A DNA stretch of 63,890 bases, the filler included, from Reticulomyxa filosa (Eukaryota; Protista; Foraminifera): assembly GCA_000512085.1 (NCBI GenBank). It is 20 parts of 20 records of this genome, joined end to end, with 100 filler letters (N's around TTAATTAATTAA, not from the genome) between each part and the next. Parts side by side here need not be neighbours in the genome. Positions count along the whole stretch, not along the records: positions 1 to 2,181 come from ASPP01026868.1; positions 2,282 to 3,632 come from ASPP01013652.1; positions 3,733 to 12,768 come from ASPP01000380.1; 17 more parts are not named here. One strand, given 5' to 3'. A model generated the notes under the pieces. That model searched no databases and was not told the origin of the DNA. It worked only from the letters and a program-made list of their open reading frames with translations. How positions within the stretch are numbered: the first letter of the stretch is position 1; each line of letters starts with the position of its first letter. The position numbers were made by a program, and so were the translations under genes. Below are positions 1 to 11,470 of this stretch, piece after piece.

Positions 1-249
1 AAAAAAAAAAAAAATTATCTTGTCTTTTGTTGTGTTGTAAATCAAGTTGAGATCAATTGCTTTATTCCGGACTCAGAATATCGATTCAGCTGTCAAACAT
101 ACTCAAGTTTTGTGCAAATAAATTGTGATCGGACAACTTTGAAAGTAAACATAAATGGTTTGTTTGTATGTGTGTGTGTGTATATATATATATATGTTAT
201 GCGCCAACGTGAAATAATGAAACGAACCGACGCAATTGGATAATTAGCA

Positions 250-622
250 AATTCTAAAACATGACCCGAACAATGAAGAGGTGCAAATGTGGTTCAAACT
301 ATTTAAACTGGCACATCGAATGAAAGAGGAGGGCGACGAAGCATATAAAAATGACTTGTTGGACGATGCGATCGATAAATATACTCAATGCATTCACGCC
401 GATCCATGCAACAATGGATTCAATAGTGTTGTGTACTGCAACTGCGATGCTGAAAAAGCATGTCAATTGGATTCACAATGCAAAGGTGAGTTACCTTTTT
501 TTTTTTTTTTGTAAAATTATTTTGATTTAACTAAAATGAATATTATTGTTGATTGTGCTTAAAAAGAATATAAAAGACAGTTGGGACATTGCAAAGCGGA
601 ATTGAAAAAAGAAACAAGAAAA
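250..622 (+). pseudogene. TPR fragment of a DNAJC7-like co-chaperone
   Basis: ILKHDPNNEEV...RMKEEGDEAYKNDLLDDAIDKYTQCIHADPCNNGFNSVVYCN is a TPR typical of DNAJC7. A later exon reads EYKRQLGHCKAELKKETRK, the pre-J-domain helix. No J domain follows and the sequence is internally deleted. Confidence 0.65.
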
Positions 623-673
623 TATTTAAGCTTTTTTATTTTTATAATATTTTTTTGTTATAAATATAAATAG

Positions 674-1560
674 GATGCAGAAGAAATTGAAATAATATTG
701 TAGCATTTGGTTCGGGTATTGCAAATTAAATTAAGATGGATTAACGATTTTGATAAAATTGTTATTAATTATGTTAAGTTCATTTGTTATATCTTTTTTT
801 TAAAATATAAATCAAAATAATCAAATGTTTATTTAACATAGGTATCTTCTGTCTTCATGTTTGACACATTTCGTTTATCATCCAAATTAATCAATACATT
901 CACTGGACACACAAGTTGTGTGAATAACATTGATTATTCAACATTTGATGATTGCCAATTTATTTGTTCTGGATCATATGACACCACAATTTGTGTGTGT
1001 GGGATGTTGATAACAACATACGCGTTAAATCATTTAATGGACATTTGCGTGCTGTATGTTGTGTGAAATTTTCATCATATCATTATCAAAATTATAATAA
1101 AAAAATAATTTGCTCTGCATCATATGACAATAGTATTCGTTTTTGGGATTTTAAACAGGATCAGGAATTACAAATATTCAATGAGCACACTGGCAGTGTT
1201 AATGGAATTGAATTTTCGCCATTTAATGGTGGTATATATTTATGTTCTGGATCTGATGACGATACTATTCGTTTATGGGATGTTGAAACATCAAAATCAT
1301 TACATATTTTCAATGGACATTAAAATGATGTTGATTGTATTGATATTTCACCATTACAAAGCAACAGCAATAATAGCAATGACAATAATAATATTGGCGT
1401 AATTGGACATTTAGATATTGTACCATTTGTAGATTATTCACCATTTGTAATAAATGATGGTATTCGATCAAATAAGAATGAATTATATATTATTTATTGA
1501 TTTAAAGAAGATGATCTAGTATACTGTATTAAATTTATATTATTAAAAAAGAAATATAAA
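674..1560 (+). pseudogene. Expanded-family WD40 repeat gene, disrupted
   Basis: A 33-codon exon at 674-772 (with an in-frame TAG) precedes GH...CSGSxD.TIR.WD repeats. There is a frameshift in the (TG)n at ~995, a stop at 1321, and a decayed 3' end. Confidence 0.9.
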
Positions 1561-2181
1561 TATTATTAGAATTTATGTTATTGTTCAGGTGCGGGTTCAA
1601 TTCGTGTTTTTTAAACAAAAAATATTTTTGTGTAAAAAAAATTATGCATATACACGAATTGAACCCGCACCTGAGCCATATTTTAATTGTAATGTTTTGT
1701 TGTTTGTTGTGTTTGATGTCTTGTTTTCATGTGTGTAAACGTGTGATATCAACTAAATAGTTTATATTTTTAACGTTTTTTGCAGAATAAAAAAAAAGTC
1801 AGCATTTGTGGTAAATATATGATACAAAGTTATTGTGCTTCTATCAGAAGAAAACATATTTAAAAAAAAATTGAAATTGGCCAAAGAGTCAAATATTGCT
1901 GCAAGTTTTGTGGAAAGAGGAAAATGAGAATAGAAGCAGCTACAGTAAGTTGCAAAGAAAACTGAACGCTCAATGAAAAATCAACATTTATACATAATTT
2001 TTTTTAAAAAATATATATACAAATCTTGTAGTTTTTAAATATGATATTGATTTTTTAATAACTTTTTTTTTTTTTGTTGGATGAAATCAACATTCTTTCG
2101 AATGATTTTTGAAAATTCTGCGATAATGAGTATCATTTGCACTTTTATTAAAATTAAGAAATTTTTTAATCTTTTTGTTTT

Positions 2182-2281
2182 NNNNNNNNNNNNNNNNNNN
2201 NNNNNNNNNNNNNNNNNNNNNNNNNTTAATTAATTAANNNNNNNNNNNNNNNNNNNNNNNNNNNNNNNNNNNNNNNNNNNN
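2182..2281. other. Artificial contig-joining spacer (first of 19)
   Basis: Identical N44-TTAATTAATTAA-N44 blocks start at 2182, 3633, 12769, 15753, 18831, 19960, 28590, 30901, 32760, 35507, 40983, 44907, 48215, 50982, 53509, 54619, 58038, 61445 and 62619. Composition and genes change abruptly across them. Confidence 0.99.
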
Positions 2282-2368
2282 ATAATAATAATAATAAGGG
2301 AGAGAGAAACCAATCTTTCAAAGTGCTGCAAAAAAAAAAAAAAAAAAAAAAAAAAACAATTTGCTTAG

Positions 2369-2974
2369 GTGCAATGGAGTGTGGTGACGTCGATTATTTT
2401 AATGACACACTCCGAATTCGACAGCGAAGGACAATGTGCAAAGGTGCTAACCAATGCGGTGGCTGTTCTGCATAAGAAACAATTGCTCGTAGATGATCTC
2501 GCGCATGGACCGATGAAATATATGGGTATTTGTCGATATGTAAACGATGACAACGACACACACGTCATTGATAAAGAGATTCCAATGGCCAACGCAAACG
2601 ATGATTTGGAAATTCCAGCTACATTCAAAATTGACGTCCCTTCGTTTGATGACACAGACACTTTTGCCGATCACGCAGATCATGTTTCAGAAAAGGAAAA
2701 AATCTTTTTCCACAGAATTGATCTAAAATGTGTTCCATATGCAGATTATCATGCTGCCTTGTTGTATTTTACTGGCTCGGGTGAATTCAATCGACAGATG
2801 CGAGTCAAAGCCGCTGAGAAAGAATTCATTTTAAACGAAAGTGGTCTTTACCGAAGTCTTGACAAGAAAGACAAAAGCAAAAAAGGAGAACTGGTTGTCA
2901 TTCCAACTTGCGAAAAAGATATTTTCGACGCTCTTGGAATGGACTTTGTTCCTCCTGAAAAGCGGTCTCTTTAA
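2369..2974 (+). CDS. DNA polymerase family X (Pol beta/lambda type), last exon
   Basis: CGDVD-ILMTH catalytic DxD motif (needs a 1-nt correction at ~2394), KYMGIC, HRIDL, ALLYFTGSGEFNRQMR, LNESGL, EKDIFDALGMDFVPPEKR. Confidence 0.93.
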   Translation: MQWSVVTSIILMTHSEFDSEGQCAKVLTNAVAVLHKKQLLVDDLAHGPMKYMGICRYVNDDNDTHVIDKEIPMANANDDLEIPATFKIDVPSFDDTDTFADHADHVSEKEKIFFHRIDLKCVPYADYHAALLYFTGSGEFNRQMRVKAAEKEFILNESGLYRSLDKKDKSKKGELVVIPTCEKDIFDALGMDFVPPEKRSL

Positions 2975-3288
2975 AAAAAAAATTTTATTTTATGGTGTAT
3001 CAATCAAAGCAGGCTATAAACACAGTTTAATTTAGCAAAAAAGTACAATGCAGTGCTTTTTTTTTCCTTCAATCGATTAGACAAATTTTTTCTTTTTTCG
3101 CAAACAACAGCATACAAAAAAACAAGCAATATAATTGTGACGCGGTAAACGACACGACTTTTTTTTTTTTGCCTGTTTATGGTCGTCGCTAGCATGAAGA
3201 ACAATAGATTTTTTTTTTGGTAAAGTTTTACAGTAATCATTCCTCAAAGATGTTCCCCCAAAATAAAAACCAAATAAAAAAAAAGCAA

Positions 3289-3632
3289 ATGGGTGCTTCG
3301 TGTGTGCCACCAGCAAATACTGCCAATCAAAAGGAAGCAGATGAAAGCTCTTCAGAAAAAAAGAAGCAAACTGGCGGGACGCGTTCAAACACGACGAAAG
3401 CCGGGTCTAGTCAAAAAACAGCAACAGGAACAGTGAAGAAAGCAGAGAAAGCAAAGGAAAAAACAGGGCCATCAACTACTTGGAACGATCATAAGACAAG
3501 CAGCGTGGAAGTGGAGACGTCTAGCCATGTGACAGAAGCGCCAGTGGTGAATGTTAAATCTTCAGTGTCTCCTGCACGCCCGCAGACTTCAACGAATCCA
3601 TCCCTTTCCAAGCGTAGCAGCAACAGCAACAG
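3289..3632 (+). CDS. Hypothetical protein N-terminus with MGxxC acylation-like start, truncated by contig end
   Basis: MGASC followed by an open, disordered Ser/Thr/Lys-rich frame in coding-like GC content. Confidence 0.55.
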
Positions 3633-4077
3633 NNNNNNNNNNNNNNNNNNNNNNNNNNNNNNNNNNNNNNNNNNNNTTAATTAATTAANNNNNNNNNNNN
3701 NNNNNNNNNNNNNNNNNNNNNNNNNNNNNNNNGATGTATAGTTGGCATTGGAATATTCTAGAGTTTATTCAGTAGTCGATTATTTCTACATTTATCAGTT
3801 TTGTCACAATCATAAATGTTGTTTCAAGATTGCATATTTTGTTAATATTTGTTTAGTATCACAAAGCTAGCGATATTTGTTTGTCATTATAAATTTATGT
3901 TTTATATTATTTATAAGCACTAGCAGTTTTGCAATGTGAATGTATTGTTTATAATATTATATATTTCATGCATATTTAGTTTGTACTTACAAAATTTGTT
4001 TGCAGTATATTATTTATTATTCAATTAATAATATTAATGGTATATGTACTATTATACAATATGTACATATACAACTA

Positions 4078-5077
4078 CAGCAGAATGCAAAATAAAGTTA
4101 CCACTTAAACTGCACATTATGTAGATGATGATTTTAATAAAAAAAAAATTTTTGCAGATTTAATGTTATTTTGCAAAGTTTGTACATTGTGAAGGTGTGA
4201 TGGTTTTTGACTACTGTTTGCATTATATTTCTTATTATGTTTTTTTTTTTGTCTAATACCAATTAATCAAATTAATTCAAAAGCAATAGAACTGAAATTT
4301 TTTTTTGTAGTAAGATTGTTTTAATGAAAATTACCATTTAGTTACATTACCCTGCATTGTGTAATGCTTTTTTTTTGTATTGATTTTGTTAAGTTTATGC
4401 ACATTTATTTGTCGTTTTTTTCCATTTTAATTTAAATTGTTTCTGGAGTTCTTCTTTTGATCCGAATGGTCTATTTTTGAATAGTTTCGTTTTCACTATC
4501 CATCACATATTTTCGATTAGTTCAGGTCTGGAAAATTTGGAGTGAAATTCAATATTTAATAGCGTTTGTTCAAACTATTTTTTGCTAAATTTCTGTTTGG
4601 CTGGTGGCATTATCTTGATGAAACATTTAATTTTTATTATCTTCTAAACACCAATTAATGCTTTTGAGCATTTTATCAACTAAAATTTCATAATAAATAT
4701 ATGAGTTGACACATCAATTAATGTTAAATATATAAACAGTTCTTAATATTCCAAAGTAAGACCACAATATTATGCTTTCAATATCAATTTGATATTTTTA
4801 TGATGAACGTCAGCTTCGATTTACGGACACATTAATTGCTTACACAAAATTGTTTTGAAGCTTTGAGCAAACTCCAGCACTGACTCAACAGATCAACAGC
4901 ATGTCTTTTGTCAAATTTCTCAATCATTTAGTAATTTTTAAAAAATAATTAAAAAACTACACGATTTGTAGATATTTAAAAAAAATAATTATGTATAAAT
5001 GTTGTTTTTTCATGAAGAAAATCAATTATATATATAAGGTGCCATTTTAGGTGTCAACTTTACTTTGCATTCTATTA
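4078..5077 (-). mobile_element. Decayed Tc1/mariner DNA transposon with TIRs and transposase remnant
   Basis: TA|CAGCAGAATGCAAAATAAAGTT at the left end and AACTTTACTTTGCATTCTATTA|TA at the right. The minus strand at ~4440-4720 reads NSYIYYEILVDKML...MFHQDNA...PDLN-IENM*WIVKTKL (DDE motifs) with stops and frameshifts. Confidence 0.85.
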
Positions 5078-5475
5078 TATTTTATAAGACTTAACTATAT
5101 TTAGCATAATATACTGTATTATTTGTAATTTTTTTTCAAATTGTTCAAATTTTATGTAATCAATAAAAATAAAATAATGTATTTACATTATTTCTTGCAA
5201 AATCAATAGTTTTTTTGTATATTTTTAAATGTTTGATTCTAGCATTTTTTTCAGTTATGTTCGTTGCTTTGCCTATAAAGAATAAAACGATCATATCACA
5301 AACACACAATAAAAAAAAAATGTAAATTTTTTTAATAAAACATTTATAAGAATATATACAGTTTTTTTATTAAACAATTGTCTTTTTCTCATGAAACAAA
5401 TTAATATGCTTTTCTTTAAGCAATATAGAAAAAAATATATATTGTATATGAAAGAATAACAGAAAAATCGGGGTT

Positions 5476-7050
5476 TCAAAGAATGGCACATTTGGTCCGG
5501 CGTGCTGGTGGTGTTGTTTGTGCCGACAGTGCAGTTGGATTGAGATTGGATTGAGCCGAAATGGATTTGTTGTCAATATGTGCCAAGCCTTTCAATTGGA
5601 CAAACTCACAAACGGAATCAGGTAGTAATTGTTTGAGTGAAAGTGATTTTTCAAACTCTTCCTTAATTCGAAATTCAAAAGGACCTTGTTGCAATACATC
5701 CTTGTCCTTGGGATTGCTCCAGTCAAAGAGACTAGTACCCGCAATGGGTGGTTCATGGTTTATTTCGATTAGCCATACTTTTTGAATAGCAAGCAAAGTG
5801 GTATTATTATTGCTATCATTATTATCATTGTTATTATTGTTATTATTGTTATTATTATTATTTTCATGTTTACTTTCATTCTCATTCGCATTTTCATTTA
5901 CATTTGCATCCTTATTATCCGTTTCTTTTTTCGTGTCAGTGGACAAGACCACAGCGAAATCAATGGTAAAGTCTTGTAAGCGTTCACTAAGCAAAGGTTC
6001 AACGGCGCGATAGGTATCGAGAATATGTGCTTGAATCTCAGTCTTCAACTGCTTCATTTCTGGGACCACAGTGATTTTATGGTATTGCGTCAGTGCCACA
6101 GGGACGCGTTTACGTATAAACATTCGAAACTCGAGCAACGGATTGACAGTCACTTCCCATTTACGTATCACCACAAATGTCTGGAATTGCTCTTCTGTTT
6201 GTCGCAACAACTGCTGATTCAAATCCACAAACGTGCGATAGCTTCGACACAGCAATTCGACCGCCTCGTCACCGGTCCGAACACACAGCGCTTGGATGGA
6301 AGCTTTGTAAAATGCACAGACAATATCGTTCACGTCGGCAATGAATCCGGTGCTTGCATCTTTTTTTTTTGATCGCAATTCGTTTTCGAACAGGTTAAAC
6401 ATTTGCACGCTTTCCAAACTCGAGTCTTTCGGACTTCGCGTCGACAGGCGAATAAATATCCCACTTTCTTGTCCATCCAATGTCCGATCACTTTCGTAAT
6501 GTTCCCGGAAAGTTCCTCCAAATGTCGGATATGTGTCGCTATTGGGGTATCTTGGTACATTGTGTTATTGTCACCACTGTCATTATTCGCACTGCCACTT
6601 CCATTCGGTTTGCTTTCCTGCTCTTTTGATTCTTGGGGTTTGGATTGACGCCTCCAGTCCAAATATTCACCCCAACATTTTTCTTCGTTCACCCGGTTTG
6701 GATTGAAGTGCAAGTAAATGCCCTTCTCTTCGTCGCACAGTTTGTTGAAGTCATTTCCATTTGACTTGCACTGACCAATCATAAACTTTTTGAACAACTT
6801 GAAATACTCGCTGAAAAATTGCAATGCTTTACATTGTGCCAAGGTAAGGGGAATTATCTCCGTCGCAAATGTAAATTTTTTTACTGGTTCGTACCAGTGT
6901 TGAATCTGACAAGGGTCATCTGATAAGTACAGTATCTTATGCTGCTCTACTTCTTCACGCTTTTTGAAACCCAACGAATTTGGATCTAAGGCCACTCGAG
7001 CTTGCATCTGGTCGCTTTTAGGTTGATCGAGCGCTCTATTATAATCTTAG
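5476..7050 (-). CDS. Cdc123/R2K-clade ATP-grasp protein with C-terminal CaaX (CAIL)
   Basis: FIRLSTRSPKDS, EFRMFI, ALTQY, TIDF, WLIEIN, GTSLFDW, GPFEFRI. The N-terminal ORF 6330-7007 (WYEPVKKFTF.TEIIPLT) joins via a frameshift at ~6483. Confidence 0.85.
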
Positions 7051-7413
7051 GGGAAAACAAAAAGTTTTTTTTTTGTTGTACTAATGCCACAGTGCTGTAG
7101 CTGCCAACCTCGCGGATTATTCAAGCTTACTATTGAGGTACTCTTTTTTTATTTCGATTTATAAAGTAATTCATTGATTTATCTAATTGTCTAAAGTCAC
7201 ATACTAAGGATCATGAAATTGAGTATTAGCAACGTGAACTTGATTTTTTAAAAATTAAACATCTTAGAAAACTCAACAAATTGACCAAATATGGTTAAGA
7301 TCCAACTGTTTTTTGTTTTAAATTCTTTAAACACAGTAGACGAATTTTTCTTTTTTTTCCCCTTCAATATTTGATGGGTTGGTAACTGTAATTCCTTGTT
7401 GCACAGCGTAAGA

Positions 7414-9823
7414 ATGATGTGGACATCAATATCAACTTCAAAAGCTTTAATCAAAAACGCATATGGTAGTTCTTCGTGTGTTGGTCCCTCGTTACGAGCG
7501 TTTCCGACGATGTGTTCAAAAACATTGAATGCACAGTTGTGTGGAATCCAAAAGCGAAGTTTGACAGAGAGTACAGCACCACACGGCGAGGGAAAGCAGT
7601 TTTTGAACGACACTCGAAAATTTTTTGACACGGCAGCGGCAATGTGTACAATTTCGCCGGGGGTGTTGGGTATCCTGCAAGAATGTCGAACCGTTTTTCG
7701 TTTTGCATTTCCTTTTCGGGTAAAAAAAAAAAAAAAAAAAAGGAGAAGAAGAAGAAATAAAACCAATCAAATAAAAAAAAAACAAAAAAAAAAAGGCGAA
7801 AGCGGGAATTTGCATTCAGTGTATGCGTACCGTGCCCAACATAGCCACCATCGGTTGCCGACGAAAGGTGGTATACGTGTTTCGACTGAAGTGGACTTAC
7901 AAGAAATAATGGCATTGGCAATGTTGATGACATGGAAGTGTGCTTGTTTGGACATTCCTTTTGGAGGTATTACCAATGTCAATACAATTTTTTTTTTTTA
8001 AATTATTTTGATTAATGCCACTTTGTTCCCCCCCTTTTCTTTTTTATTTCATGTTTTTGAACCAATTTTTTTTTTTTTTACGTCTCTTTTTTTTTTTTTT
8101 TTTTTTCCCAACTTAATAACGACGCTATCACTCAGAACACAACCAACACAAAAAAAAAAAAAAAAGGGGCGAAAGGAGGGATTCGTTTGGATCCGAAACA
8201 GTTGACAGCAAGAGAGATGGAAAAAGTAATTCGTTCGTACGCCGCCGAATTGATATGCTTCCAGGTAATTGGCCCCGGCATTGATGTTCCAGCACCGGAC
8301 GTCGGCACGGGGCCTCGCGAAATGGCGTGGATCCGCGACCAATACCAGATGATGGAACGAGGGGACCCGGACGGTCCCGGGATTGTCACCGGAAAGCCTC
8401 GCGAAGTCGGCGGCATTGATGGACGAATAGAAGCCACCGGGTTGGGAGTGTATTTTGCTTTGAAGCATTTCTTTGATCGCATTGCCGATTTCCGCAACGA
8501 TTTGAGGTTTGAAAAAAAATTTGAAAAAATAGAAAAATTGTTTGTTTGTTTTTTTTTTTTTTTAAAAAAAATTATTTATCATTTTATTTTGTTTTTTTTG
8601 CAAATACATATCCTTAATATATATGTACATATATATTAAGGATATGTATTTGCAAAAAAAACAAACATATGAAAATTTGCTGTGGTATATACAAAGCAAT
8701 TGAAAGCATTTACACACACACACATACATAAACCTATAAACATATGTATGTATGTATACACGTAAATATGTATCCCTTAATTAACTGAGTGTTTGTTGAT
8801 TAGTGTCGGACTGTCGGGTAAAACTGCTGTCGTTCAAGGATTTGGAAACGTTGGCTACCACTCCGCAAAGTTTATATCGCAGGACTGTAAAGTGATAGCG
8901 ATTGGCGAATACAATGGGTATTTGTACGACGGCGACGGGATTGACGTGGAGGAGTTGCGCAAATATTGGATAAAGCATCACACGTTCGAGGGCTATTCGA
9001 AAGGGACTTTTTCGAAAGAAGCCAGCGAGGTGTTGCTTTGCGAGTGTGACATATTGGTACCTGCGGCCAAGGAAATGGTGATTCATGAAAACAATATGAA
9101 GTCAATCAAAACCAAGGTCATTGCAGAAGCCGCCAATGGGCCGACTTCGTATCAAGCCCATCAATACTTGACACAAAACGGGATCATTATTTTGCCTGAT
9201 TTATACGTCAACGCTGGAGGAGTTCTCGTGTCCTACTTTGAATGGCTCAAAAATTTGAGTCATGTTCGTTGGGGAAGATTGTCTAGACGAATGGACGGAA
9301 ATCGCGGACTTGCCATTGCCACCGCTTTGAAGCAAGTGACTACGTTGACGCCCGGCATGGAAAGGCTCATTACTGAAGGAGTTATATATCATTATTATTT
9401 ATTTTTTTTTTTTTTTTTTTCTCCCTGTCAAATTTATTTATTGATACGTGTTGCCTCATGTATTTTTATATATGTATACGTGTGTAAAGGCAAATGAAAG
9501 AGACTTCACGTACAGTGGTTTAGAAGATTCCATGGTAGAGGCTTTAACTCAAATTTGCGGATATGTCAAACAAAAAGTTTAGTTGCTTTTGTTTTTTGTT
9601 TTTTTTTTTGCAATGTTTTCACTATTTCACTATTGAAATTTTTTTCTTTGCGAACAAAAAAAAAAAAAAAATAATACAGTCAATCACAACACAAACATTT
9701 TTGGTGCAACTGGATTGTTTGTACATATCATGATAGAATGTGGATTTCAGAACTGCTGCAATGATGAATGCAATTAACAAAGTTGCCAGAGTTTGGGATC
9801 TCAGCTCTTCTGCTTTCATTTGA
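7414..9823 (+). CDS. gdhA: Glutamate dehydrogenase (GLUD1-like, probably mitochondrial), about 6 exons
   Basis: YRAQHSHHRLPTKGGIR, MTWKCA, PFGGAKGG, DVPAPD, VTGKP, GRIEATG, VQGFGNVG, EAANGP, NAGGVLVSYFEWLKN. The Arg/Ser/Thr-rich N-terminus resembles a transit peptide. GT-AG introns, e.g. 7967-8166. Confidence 0.96.
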
Positions 9824-10328
9824 GCAAATTCATATATCTTAAAAAAAAATGGAGCAGTCAAATTATTTTTTAAAGATTTAGCCTCTTTTTGGGAACATTG
9901 GCCTTTATCTTTTTTTAATTAAATTCACCAAAAAAAAAAATTTATACAAGTGGTGAAAACACAAAAAATAAAAAATTTGAGCATTTTTATCTTTTTTATT
10001 TTTGTGTTTTTAGTTATTGTTGATTTAGGTTTTTTCTGTAATTGTTAAATTTGTCAGCTTTTTATTTTAAATAAAAACTGTTGCTAAGAAACAAATAAAC
10101 AAAGCACACATTTGAACTTTTCTCATTTTTTTTTAATTATTGTCAAAGTCCCAAACGATGAAGAAAGGTAGTGCTACCAAAGTTGAAAGGAAGCATTAAA
10201 TACAACTTTATGAAAGAAAATTTCTTTCTTCATCGTAAACAACAAATAGGCCAGTCAAGTGAAAAAATAGCATAATAAAGTATAGTGAGTCTATATAAAA
10301 TTATTCAATCTAAGCAAATAAAAAAATC

Positions 10329-10505
10329 CAAAAGATACAAAAGAAAATAAACAACTAAAACAGCATCTTATATAGATGATATTTCTTCATGAAGAAACAA
10401 CATTTAGACCTAATTTTTTTCCAAAGTTTTTTTTAAACTACATGAAGAAAATACAATCTCTATAAGGTGCCGTTTTAGTTGTCAACTTTCTTTTGCATTC
10501 TACTG
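10329..10505. mobile_element. Short Tc1/mariner-family MITE
   Basis: The right end ...GTCAACTTTCTTTTGCATTCTACTG|TA and a degenerate inverted left copy match the TIRs of the element at 4078-5077. Confidence 0.75.
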
Positions 10506-11470
10506 TATATTATAGGTTTCTTGTTTGAAGAACAAAAATTGTTTTCACAACTGTTAACTGATACTTCGTTACAAACTTTGAGATTTTATTTGTTTTTTTT
10601 GATATTTTAATGCTTATCAACTTGAAACATGTTTTTCGCTTGTTATTGTCGATTGTGTTAGTTTTAGAATTTTTTTATTATCTTTTCCTTTTGCTTTTTG
10701 TTTTTCTTTAGAGTAGTTTGCCCCTTTTGGGACGATCTTAATGATAGCTAAAAAAAATGTTTTGTAGTCATATCTCTTTCATTTTTGTTTTCCTGTGGCG
10801 ATCTCTTGTCGTGTACATTTTCAAATTTTTTTCATTATTGAAACGGTTTATATTAGTGTTGATACGACGTTTGATTAATCTTTAAAAAGTTTTGAAAGGA
10901 GAAATTCCATTGAAACGCATTTTGACAGACATAACAAAACAGCTAAGCTGTTTTTTATGGACATTGTAGGGAAAGTCACTACATTACGTCCTTAAATACT
11001 AACGAAACGGTGGGACCCCCAGTGGGTTAAAACCCTCTTCTTAGCACTACTCACTTTCCTCTTGTTTTACTTGTTTTCTTTACTTGCGTTGTAATTATTC
11101 TTCTTTAATTAACTTTCTTTTACTGAAATTACTCTTTTGAAACTAAGTTCCTTTCGTATTACACTTAATCTTCTCACAAGTTCCACAACATTAACTTTGT
11201 ATAGTACTCTACACTTAGGTTTCACTTTGTGGTAAATTCTAGTCATTTATCAGCGTATGTAAAGTTATACGACAGTTAATTTACTCTATTTTAAAAAGAT
11301 AACTTAGACAATCTGATTATTTTTTCTGATATTTTTTAAAATTTATTATTTTTGAATTCACAAGTTGCAAAAAATTTCAATATTTTAATGACGTTATTGA
11401 CACAATTTAAATAAGTCGAAAAATAAGACAAATGAAAAGCTATAAACAATTATTCAACAATATATTATTT

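Noticed and set aside
10995-11030. piggyBac-like terminus (…CCCCCAGTGGG|TTAA)
   Set aside because: No matching opposite end or transposase was found in the contig.
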